This document shows positions 51,599 to 61,781 of a stretch of DNA of 64,000 nt, in pieces. Source of the DNA: Trypanosoma brucei (Eukaryota); assembly GCA_000002445.1 (NCBI GenBank), contig CP000068.1, forward strand, positions 1,120,001-1,184,000, given 5' to 3'. Made by a program: the position numbers and the translations under genes. Under the pieces are notes generated by a model. That model did no database searches. It saw only the letters and a program-made list of their open reading frames with translations, and was not told the DNA's origin. Each line of letters opens with the position of its first letter. Position 1 is the first letter of the stretch.

Positions 51599-53294
51599 CG
51601 CATCACCTCTTGGACACGGTGGAAGCTAAATGTTTTTCCCCTCCCACTCCTCCTTGCTGAGAATGCTTCTGTTGGAACCGTGTGGGCCATAGGGAACGGC
51701 CTGTGACGCTTTGCGTCCACCTCTTTTTTTTAAAAAAAAACATAGCTTGTATTGTTGTTCTCGTTTATTTATTTATTGTGTTTTATTTCGTTTGCTGTTC
51801 CTGCATGTGTGCAGTTTGTTCGTTACGTGTTTGGTTGCTTTATGACTCTCTAATATAGTTTTTTTGCGCATGAATATATTTTATTGTTCTTCTTTAGTAA
51901 GTAAATGCATATTCATATGCGTGTAAATAATTCACATGATTTATCTGACGTGTTGGTTTCAAGGCATTGTTGTCCCTTTCCGCCGTCGGTTCGCTCAATC
52001 TGTGCGACTCTTGTTCTGGTTATTATTTTTATTGTTATTATTATTATTAATATTATTTTTTACGGTGGTGTGAATATTTTTCCTTATACTCGATACTTCG
52101 TTGCCCTCATGTGATGAGTTGTTGGCAGTGCTGCATCGGAAATTATTTTTATAGTGAGCATGTTCTCATTCCTTATGGGCTTTCATAGTGATTAAAAAAA
52201 TAAAACGACAACTTAATGCCAGGAAGCGGCTGCATGTGATGTCAAAGGACTTCAAAGTTTTTGATGGAACTACGGAAATAACTTTAAAACAGAACATATA
52301 AAATAATTATATTGTCACTGGTTGGCTGAAATCGGAGTAGTGTAACCGTCATTTTGCCTTCGAACCCTTTCGTTACTTTATCAACCTCCCAATTCAGTAT
52401 ACGAAATTGATGTTTTTTATTGCAACACATGACGTGATGTGTGATATGCACGGTGACAAACTTGCCGCGAAGTTAAACTTTGGCCATTTCACATGCACAG
52501 CCTGCGATTGCCTTGGAATTGTGATTGATACATATATATATATATATTTATTTACTTATGTATGTGGAAGGCATCGTGTTGTTTCGCTGGAGTGTTGTGG
52601 TTTTTGGTGCAGGTTGTGTTTCTCCTCCTCGGCACTAAAGTCGCCACCTTTTTTTTCTTGTGTTTCTCTGCTTTATTTTTTTTTGTATGAAGATATGGAG
52701 CTAAAACCTCTTAAGGAGTTACGATTATCACAGGGACAGTGTAAAATGAAGGTGTCGTTTGCTTTCCATTTATTAAACAGAAGAAATTATGTTTCCCGCC
52801 CCCTTTCACCCATATCATGGAGATACCGAATAATGAATATTTCTCATTGACAAACCAGTGTAGCTCATACAAACAAAAAAAAATGTGCCTTTCCTCAACA
52901 GACATTCGCGACTGAAATCACTAATGTACAATTTGTTTATCCTTTTACAATTAGCAGAACAGCAGAAGACTTACAATGGGAAAAAGAAGAGATTTAGAGA
53001 AAAAGTATATATATCACTTAGAGTTACACTGAGATTTTCTTGAAGGTGTTGCAACAATATTAGCACTAGGGACCAGTTAAAAGTTCCTTTCTCGTTGAAC
53101 CCTTTCGCTCTTAAATGCTAACATTATTATCTTCTCTCTTTTTTCTATTTTTTAAATTTTTGTTAGTTGCGTTGAGCTTAGTAGGAGTTCGTCGTTACAC
53201 GGAGAGACGTGCGTTGCCATTTTTGTTTTGAAGAAATATAATTATTAACAAAAAAAAACTCGGGCACCTTTTGAAACAAACATCCGTTGGTACA

Positions 53295-54440
53295 ATGAGA
53301 CGGTTTGCACCACACCACATGCTGGTTACACGGAGTTTATGGCACTCTGCTGTCTTTTTTCGAGGACGGAGAGAAATGTTAAAACCCCTGGCGATGTCAT
53401 CAGAAACTCCCGCATGTGCTGTTGAGGAAGTTGCAACACATCCTCAAGTTTCAATTAATGAAAGTATTTGCAACTCACTTGACAACCTGCTCGGTGAAAC
53501 CGCTTCCCAGCGTGCTGCGGTTACGAGGGTCGGATCTCTACCATCATACTACAAACCGATGAACCTTCGTGGTGTATTGTATGAAGGCGATGTGGCACAA
53601 CAACTTGCGAATGCAGCGGAGTTACGAGGTTTCCGATCGCCTGTTTGGGCTACAAATGCATCATATATACGAGGGGGTTACACGGTGCTGGAATGTGAGG
53701 TTGGGGTTGAAGTGAGCACCTCGATGTTTAACGTGGTTCTTTACAACCTGCAGCAAACGAACTCTCCGGAGGCTGATTCATGCGTTGCGCTTGCGTCGGT
53801 GAAGGCCATGCCACTCTGCGCAACGGGGCGACCCTTCTCTCGAAGACTGCGGCTGGTGCTTATGAGTCACCCCTTCTATACACGATTCAAGTCACAATAT
53901 TGGGTAACTGAAGAGGAAGCTGCAGCACTTGGAACAATGGTGATGACAAGTGAGCGGGGGCGTTGTGTTCCCGTGCCCTGTCCTCCTACAGTGACTGAAA
54001 TGTCTTCCTCCACAAGCCGTGATCCTCGTGTTGAGGACAGCGATACTCCTCCAGGGGAATCTGCTGTTCCTTTGATGTTGTATAATGCGGAGCAATTGGA
54101 GAACCCCAATGCAGCAAGCAGTGAGACTTGTCCTCGAGTTGAATGCGTAAATGCCAATGGGAGGCGTTATAGCACTCTCTTGACTATTCACATGCGGCGG
54201 TATTGCCAACTGCACCAGTTGTGCACAGATCCCTTTGCAACATTTGTCACATGTGCCCGTCTCCGCTCTCTTGGAGGTGATATTGTACCTGGTGCCAGTG
54301 TTCCTCTTACTTTGGTTGTGAGAGATGAATTATTGACACTTTATCATGTGGATCAAACAACGATATCTAACACGTTATTTCAGCATGCCTTGTCTGGCCA
54401 GCGGAAGTGTATGGACCGGGTTTCTGTGATTCAAGTTTAG
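53295..54440 (+). CDS. Hypothetical protein with mitochondrial-presequence-like N-terminus
   Basis: The ORF-track start at 53271 is TTG. The first ATG at 53295 gives MRRFAPHHMLVTRSLWHSAVFFRGRR, which is Arg-rich, amphipathic and lacks acidic residues. 381 aa. No recognisable domain. Confidence 0.45.
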   Translation: MRRFAPHHMLVTRSLWHSAVFFRGRREMLKPLAMSSETPACAVEEVATHPQVSINESICNSLDNLLGETASQRAAVTRVGSLPSYYKPMNLRGVLYEGDVAQQLANAAELRGFRSPVWATNASYIRGGYTVLECEVGVEVSTSMFNVVLYNLQQTNSPEADSCVALASVKAMPLCATGRPFSRRLRLVLMSHPFYTRFKSQYWVTEEEAAALGTMVMTSERGRCVPVPCPPTVTEMSSSTSRDPRVEDSDTPPGESAVPLMLYNAEQLENPNAASSETCPRVECVNANGRRYSTLLTIHMRRYCQLHQLCTDPFATFVTCARLRSLGGDIVPGASVPLTLVVRDELLTLYHVDQTTISNTLFQHALSGQRKCMDRVSVIQV

Positions 54441-55491
54441 AGTTTGCACTTGGGTGTGCTATTTTTTTTTGCCACCGTTACATGATCATTTCTTGCGGCA
54501 AACGTTTTCGGATATGTCATCCTTTTTTTTTGTCCCTTAATTTGGAATGGTTAGGACGGAAACAGCATATGGTTATAATTTATCACAGGTAATGTGTTTG
54601 TAACTTTGATGTCGCAGGCTGTCACAATATGATACACAATTTCTTGTATTCGTATTTGTATGTGTTTTCGTGTTTCTTTCTTTCTTTGTTTGTGTGTTAA
54701 GGTGGTAAGTTGCCATGCAGCATTTGTGCGGCTCAACAATTTTAGTTTCATATTTACTTTCTTTCGACTGGGTGTTGTTACCTATTGATTAGAGTTGTTT
54801 TTTAATTTTTTGCTTTTTGTTGATTGCAATACTACTTTACATACTTTTTTTTTTTAATTATCTGCATCTTCTTATTTTTGTGCTATTTTTTTTTTTGTTC
54901 CGCGCTTTTATGTTTATTCTGAGTGATGTATTTTTTTTGTTACTTCTTTTGCACTGTTTATTTTCTGTAACCTGTGCGGGTTGTGCTCCTTCACTGAAGT
55001 GGGCCTTACGTATGCACATTCTTATGGACATTTGCACTTGGGTTTGGCTATGAAGGCGGCTTGCTCTTACCTTATATTTTGATGAGTCTGAGAGCATTTT
55101 TTTTACTCTTGGAGGGACTATCATTTTATTTGCAGTTTTATGTAGTGGTGTTATTATAAATGGTGAGTTTTCTTTTTTTTTAAAAAAAACTATTCTTGTC
55201 GAAATATTTCTTATTTTGTATCTTTTTTTTTTGTTATAAGAGGATTTATAATATAATTCTATTTTGGGAGTGTAAAAAAAAAAAAATGGGGTTATTTGTG
55301 TATGTTATTTATTTATTATTTATATTTGCAAGCTTTTCTCTTTGTTCACACCTTTCAATGCTGTTGTTACTATTCCCCTTTTTTAAAGTTTATTTTTTCT
55401 TTCTTTCTTTTTCTTTTTTCTTTTTCTTTTTTATTTTGTTTTAGTGAGTGAAGTGGCCTTTTGACAGGACATACACTTTTTTTTTTTTGTC

Positions 55492-56745
55492 ATGAGTGTA
55501 TCTCGGGCACAAGTTGTGCTCATCGGTGTTTCGGGGTGCAGCGCATCGGGAAAATCGCTTGTATCGTCACGATTAGCTGCCATGTTGGGTTCTCCATTAT
55601 TTCCCGTTGCTATGGATTCGTTCTTTGATGAGGATGAATGTGAGCGATTGGGTGTATGGGAAGATCCCCGTTGCCTACGAGCTGCGGAATATACTCAATG
55701 CGTTGCTACAATTCGTGCATTAATTGAGCAATATGGCGTGGCAGCCGCACCACTGCATACCGTAAAGGATGCCGCACAGTTCCTTCGGTTTGAAGCAAGC
55801 TCAGCTGTGTCCCATCCTCCCATGCGCGAAAGCGCGGTCAGTTACACGGTTAAGTCCTATGGGGAGGCGTCGAAAAAGTGTGTTAGCGAAGCTAATAATA
55901 TAGTCCTCTCTTCCCTCTGCATGAATGACGCATGCGTCGCTGGTAACGCTGCAGATGGGACAGATGTGGCGTTGGAAAAGGTGTTTATTGTGTGTGAAGG
56001 GTTTTTAATTTTCGGTTATCCCGAATTATGCAACATGTTTGACTTCTTCGTTTTTGTTCACAGCGATAATGAAACAGCTTGCTTGCGTCGTTTCTTCCGC
56101 GGTTCGCGGCGGAAAAAGCGAAAACCACAAGGTGGCAATTGTGACCGCATCTTGCGCATGCGCACGTCCCGTGTTAACGCGGAACTCTGGAGTAGTGAAG
56201 GAGCTGCGGCAAATAAGACGCTTTCCCCTTCATTTTCATCCGTACTTCCGCATCTTAAATATATGCCACCGCAACCATCGTCTCCAAATGATTACCAGGG
56301 TTTCTGGCTTCAGAGCGAATACAAGGAATTACCGCCGCCGATGCCCTTTGGAATGAGTGGCTTAAAGGCTCCACCATATGACTGGCTGGAGGTGAAGGAC
56401 TTGCAGTATGTTAAACAAATGCTTCATCAATGGGCAAATGCGTCCTGCGTGGATGATGTCGAGGGTGTCCTCGGGCGTTATTTCGAATTTCGGTACTGGT
56501 TCTACTACGAAGTATTGTTTTATCACTATCAGTTGCGTGGGATTAGTGAAGAAAATGTGACAACGGCTTGCCAGGCGAAAGGTACCACAAAAACCTCCCC
56601 ATCCCAATCTGTGCTTCATATTAAAAATGACGCGAGCGTTTCGTGTGTTATGCTTGACAGTCAACTTTTAGCTTTAGCACAACAGGTTTCGGGAGATCTT
56701 ATTAATGGGGAAGGAGAGGTAAGATTACTTTTGGGGTGGAATTAA
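55492..56745 (+). CDS. P-loop nucleoside kinase of the uridine-kinase/nicotinamide-riboside-kinase family, with a roughly 200-aa C-terminal extension
   Basis: Walker A VVLIGVSGCSASGKSL. The FDEDE region and KVFIVCEGFLIFGYPELCNMFDFFVFVHSDNETACLRRFFR parallel NRK1 [39 protein letters not shown]. Confidence 0.6.
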   Translation: MSVSRAQVVLIGVSGCSASGKSLVSSRLAAMLGSPLFPVAMDSFFDEDECERLGVWEDPRCLRAAEYTQCVATIRALIEQYGVAAAPLHTVKDAAQFLRFEASSAVSHPPMRESAVSYTVKSYGEASKKCVSEANNIVLSSLCMNDACVAGNAADGTDVALEKVFIVCEGFLIFGYPELCNMFDFFVFVHSDNETACLRRFFRGSRRKKRKPQGGNCDRILRMRTSRVNAELWSSEGAAANKTLSPSFSSVLPHLKYMPPQPSSPNDYQGFWLQSEYKELPPPMPFGMSGLKAPPYDWLEVKDLQYVKQMLHQWANASCVDDVEGVLGRYFEFRYWFYYEVLFYHYQLRGISEENVTTACQAKGTTKTSPSQSVLHIKNDASVSCVMLDSQLLALAQQVSGDLINGEGEVRLLLGWN

Positions 56746-58513
56746 GAAGAGGGAATACATGAGCGCATAAATGAGCGAATATTTATTTCTATATATATGT
56801 GACTTAATCAGTCATTAAAGTAGGAAACGGAATAGATGAAAGCAAAACTAGAGGGAAGGTGTAGCAGAAAAACGAAAAAAAAGAATAGGGGAAAACATTT
56901 TTTTTTCTTTAGGAAAGGTTTATTTTCGTTTTCCTTGATTCCATTTTCTGTTTTTTTTTTCTTTCCTGCTTCCTTCAGTTTAGTGCTGTTAAACGACCCA
57001 AGAAGTGAAGAAGAGGAAGGGGAGGCGGATGGGTGGTAACACCTGACTTTATGTGTAAAGCTACTGTCGTGTACGATTTAGCGAAGCGAGATGTGGGTAA
57101 CACATTCATTTAATGTGATGCTTCGCTTTTACTCGATTTCTCAAGTTTGTGCCTCTCTTCTCCCTTCTCTTCCCTTTACGTTCTTCTAATTCCTCTTTTT
57201 TCTTCTTCTTTTTTGAATATTCGCCTTCAAACGTGTTTTTTGAGGCGCTCTTTCTTCTTCCTTTTCTTGTCGCTAGCGGTTTCTCTTGTTCAACGTTCCC
57301 CCATAGTGTTCGTCTGTATTTTTCTCCCGCATGTACGTGTTTATTTCGTGTTGTATTCATCAATCAGTGGGGCAGTTTATATTTCGTGTTACTCACTGAT
57401 TTTTATTGTCATTTCTTTTTAGAGGAGCAGCGCAAGTGTAAGCACGTAGTTCTTTATGTCTTTCATTATCCCTTTCTTTTATGTTTTTTTTTCACTCTTT
57501 CTTTGTTTCGATTTTACGTCGTTGCGGCTGCGTTGTAAGTTGAGGGGTTAGGAGGAGATTAGGAAAGCTGTGTCCACTTTTACGGTATAATCTTGCCGTT
57601 GAATTTTCTTTTTTATTGTTGTTCTCTTCTTCTTCTACTCAGAAACTAAGGTTATATGAAATTCTTCTCGATGTAGTTCCCTTTACATTTCATTTTTTTT
57701 ACTATTATTACTATTATTACCATTTATTTATTTCACTTCTCGGAGTTGTTATTGTTGGGTGCCTTTTTTGTTTTTTTGTTTTTGCAGCGGTGCTCAGATT
57801 CGGCATGAAAGAAGCATGTGGTGTGAAGAGGTGAAATGAACCGGAAGCTTAAAGGAAAAAAAGAAAAGAAAAAGAAATATCAGCATCTTGGTGAGAAGTA
57901 TTTGTGTGTGCGTTTGTTTGCTTCTTTGTTTTCTTTTTTTCTTTCTTTTTTTTTTTGTTTCACCAGCCTTCGTTTCTGTGCTTGAAGTTTTTTTTTGTTA
58001 TATCCGACGAAGGTAAAGTAGTGTCACTGATGCACATTTCCTTTGCTGATTTCTCTTCGGTTGCTCACAGCTTTCGCAAGGGTTCGGATGAATTCCTACC
58101 TGTTTATTTTTATTACGCCCTCTCTTTGAATTACACACTTTTTCGCTAATGCTCGCATTTTTCCAAATGAGGCGTCACAAATTTTACTCATGATCTTTTT
58201 TTTTTCGTTATTTCCTAAACCTCTCGTCACACCTTCTCTCCGTTTCTCTATTCTTCTTTTTTTAAAAAAAAAAATAATGTCTTTACGTTATTGCACCATT
58301 GAGTTTAGCGCGTTAGTTTCTGTTGTTGTTTTTTCGTTGCTCCGCGGCTGTTTGCTCCCGCCTCTTTTTCACTTCCTTCACAACGTGTTGGAAACGCGGG
58401 AAGTCATTAAATTTAAAAAATAATCCTATCGCACGAGGTTTTGGTTGTCGGTGAGGCTTCCATTATTCTCTTAGGCTTCGTTTCACACATAAGAAAGCAC
58501 AGAAGCAAATATT

Positions 58514-58540
58514 ATATATATATATATATATATATATTAT
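58514..58540. repeat. (TA)n microsatellite
   Basis: tatatatatatatatatatatatatat. Confidence 0.9.
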
Positions 58541-58643
58541 ATTTATTTATAAATACTGATCGATATTCCAATCCAAAGAGGAAGGAAAATATTACTCGCA
58601 TCGAAAAGGTTGAAATAGAAAGGCACATAAATAAACACAAACG

Positions 58644-59435
58644 ATGAAAGTAGAATCACCTCATTCGAACTATCAGCCACTTAACAGCGAGGAAGGAAGG
58701 TGGTTTCACCGGATACGAAACTTTATTATGGGAATAAACGTGTTTTTAATGGCATTTGCAGTTAGTGGACTTGTCGTTGGTTTCATAGAACTCGATGAAA
58801 TCGACTCTGCCATCAGGGAAATATGTTCTTCTTGTCAACACGCTCACGTCATTTACATGTCGAGTTTTGGTGCCCTTTTGTTATTATCTTTTCTGGGATT
58901 TGTTGCCCTTCATACGCGTAAGAGATGTTTGAGGATCTTGAACACTACGTGTTTGGTACTGGTGTTTATTCCATTAGTTTTCGGTTCAGTTTTATATGTT
59001 TTAATGAGCACGGAGCACATTAACATGCAATACGGGTGGAATTTGGTGGTTGCTGAGCGCAGTGACGACATGTGCAAGTTGGAGTTGCAATGGAAATGTT
59101 CTGGATGGAATAAACTATGTGCAACTCATTCCACTATTGGTTTGATAGATTTAAAACCGCTGGAGGGGACCGAAAAGGAAAATATCATTAATAACTTAAG
59201 TGTCGTTACGAATACCACGTCGTACTGCTCGGGGGCTGATGAAATATGTGCTTGTCCAATATGCACTGAAGATGACCAGAAATATATTGATAAGTTTGAC
59301 CAAACGTGTGAAATGGTTGTTATGGGTGCACTGCGATCACACTTGATTGTATTTCTTTTTGTGTCGCTTTGCGTAGTAGTTTTAACCGGCGCCGGTATTG
59401 TGGTGTCTGTTGCATATCCTCATGCAGAGTCGTGA
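58644..59435 (+). CDS. Four-pass membrane protein with Cys-rich large extracellular loop, tetraspanin-like (tentative)
   Basis: Four hydrophobic helices (INVFLMAFAVSGLVVGFIEL; SSFGALLLLSFLGFVAL; TTCLVLVFIPLVFGSVLYVLM; LIVFLFVSLCVVVLTGAGIVVSVAY). A roughly 110-aa loop between helix 3 and helix 4 contains 8 Cys, including KCSGW where tetraspanins have the CCG motif, plus CACPIC. Confidence 0.45.
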   Translation: MKVESPHSNYQPLNSEEGRWFHRIRNFIMGINVFLMAFAVSGLVVGFIELDEIDSAIREICSSCQHAHVIYMSSFGALLLLSFLGFVALHTRKRCLRILNTTCLVLVFIPLVFGSVLYVLMSTEHINMQYGWNLVVAERSDDMCKLELQWKCSGWNKLCATHSTIGLIDLKPLEGTEKENIINNLSVVTNTTSYCSGADEICACPICTEDDQKYIDKFDQTCEMVVMGALRSHLIVFLFVSLCVVVLTGAGIVVSVAYPHAES

Positions 59436-61781
59436 ACCCTGAGAGTTCTCATCGCCAAAGCAGGATGGAAATTGGCGAGATTGTTTCGAGAGGCAGCAAG
59501 AAGGAAACAGCAATGTAAATGTGCACAATATTTATGCACACGCTTACTTTTCTTTTTTTCTTTTTTTTTCTCTTTGTTGATGTTTTTGTTCTCAGGCTCA
59601 ATTGTCCTGCCCTTTTCCTCTCTAGTATCACTCTCCAAATTTATTTCTCCCTCCCCTCCCCCTTCCACCCCGTATTAGTCGCATGCTTCTAACTTGTTAT
59701 TAACGTGCGTGCACATGTGTGTCTCATGCAGATATGCGTATATGAGTAAATATTGGTCTGCACACATCCACATGTATTTGATCTTATGCATAATTATATC
59801 TAATTAGAAGTCATATAATTATATATAATTATGTGGGCGTGTCACACGTGTGCTTGTTGTTTTTCACATGTAATGGCTGTGTGGACGCAACCGAACATAG
59901 CATTTGAGGCTATATATTTTATTTTTATTTTTATTTTTGCAGAGTTAGAAAAGTCATCGAGTGTGTCTGGCAAGCGACTGTGGAAAAGGTACACATATGA
60001 GGGAGTAAAGAAAGAAGAAAGAGCGATCTTACTTTAAGCAGCAGTATTCTGAAAGGGGGAAAAATTTAAAGGGATTTATTATGTTTTGTTTGTTTTCGAT
60101 TTTGTTTTTTTTTTAAACTTTTTGGGTGTTACTTCCGCTCCTTCGAGATGTGTAAAAGCGAAGGAAGCGGGGGAAAAAAAGGTGGTGGTGGCGATATTCA
60201 TTTGAAGCAAAAGGTGGAAGAAAATGTTTTGTTTTTGCACATTTTAAAAAGAATAATGGATGTAAGTTAGAAATGATGGGATCGTATAAAATGGAAATTT
60301 AAAAAAATCCATACGGAGTTAAACCTAATTAGCCCTCTATACGCACAAATAAACGAAGAATAAAAAAAAACAAAACAAAACAAGCAGATGCATATAGTAT
60401 ATGTATACAAATAGTATTTTTGATATATTGCGTGTAATTTGGTATGGATTCTGTATTCCATTGGTTTGGTATAAGCACATGTCAGTAGAAAAAATAACTG
60501 ACTACTGAAATCTCGTCTCTCGTATCTCTTTCCCCCTTCCTTCCTTCCTTCCTTTTTCTCCGCGGGATTTTCTTTTTGTTCTTTCCGTAATTTTTTCTTC
60601 TCATTATCCCTTTCGGTCGTACAGATAATGTCTTTTGTTATTGTTATTGTTATTATTATTATTGTTCGCTATTTGTGTTTGTGTCCCCACTTGTACTTAT
60701 TTCTTCCTTTGATCTCGTGTCATGCACTCATCATTTCTATTTTTTTTTTTATCTCCACCTTATTTATTATTACTCCCTTACTCTTCCTTTTATTCCTTTT
60801 TGTTACTAAGGCTCAAGCAATCGCTTATTACAGGGGAATAAACGAAAGGGAAGTGCCGCGAAGGGAAAACAAAAGTAAATTCTTTTTTTTTTAAAGAAGA
60901 AAAAGGGAATAAAAGTGAGAAGTTAAAAAAAAAAAAGGAGGCACGTTGGGTTGCGAAGGAATAATAAGTGTAGGTAATATATATTTACTTCTGTAAGTAC
61001 ATAAGTTTTCATTTTTGTTTTTTTTGTTGTTGTTGGTATCTGTGTGTTTGCGTGTTCTCTCTAAGTTTGTTTACACGACTTCTTTCCGAGTAAGAAACAT
61101 ATCATACCTATACACACCTACGCTAAGAAGTAAAGAAAGAAGGGAAAAAAAAAAAGTAAAAAGTAAACAAAAGGGGAAAGTCGAAGACACGGGACTGGAG
61201 AAGGTTTTCACCGTCATTATTGCGTAAGGAAAACGAAGTCGAATACAGAACAAGAAAAAAAAACAAAAGAGAAAAGTAGAGATTTTTTCTTTTGTTTTCT
61301 TGATTTCCGTATATCGGCAAGTAGACAACAGGAAGCACATTACAAAGAAGTAAGTGAATAGGGTGAATAAATAAAGTCAAGTTCGAAGAGCGCGTTCGTC
61401 TACACCCCAGTTCCGATACTATTTTCCCCTAAGCAATCACACATTTTGTAAACCTTTTTTTTCCCTCCTTGAGTGGAATCCAAAAAAAAAAAAAGCACAA
61501 GTGGGAGGCACCAGGCCGAGAGGAAACACGCAAGGAATCGAACGAGTGACACAAAAAGTTGTTGTTGTTTTGGTCCACCGCACGCGTGACTAAACCCTCA
61601 TCGCAACCCTGAGGGTGTCGGCATTTCCCGTGAGTTCAAGGCGTTTTTTTGGGTGTTGTACAGTTACACTCACTGTAGTAAGTTCAGCATTACTGACACA
61701 ATATAATCACTAATAATATTATCAGCGACAGAAGAAACCCATTAGTGCGGCGGAACACTCCTCCGACACCACATAACAGAG

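Noticed and set aside
52407-52850. 147-aa + strand ORF in the SPO11 downstream intergenic region
   Set aside because: It spans a (TA)n microsatellite and AT-rich sequence. The product has no recognisable features. It is most likely non-coding.
1610-53271. ORF-track start coordinates using GTG/TTG initiation (1610, 2735, 25218, 36654, 38269, 40432, 42814, 44379, 53271)
   Set aside because: Kinetoplastid nuclear genes initiate at AUG downstream of the spliced-leader acceptor. Several of these extensions are translated polypyrimidine tracts (e.g. 38269-38373). Starts were trimmed to the first in-frame ATG.
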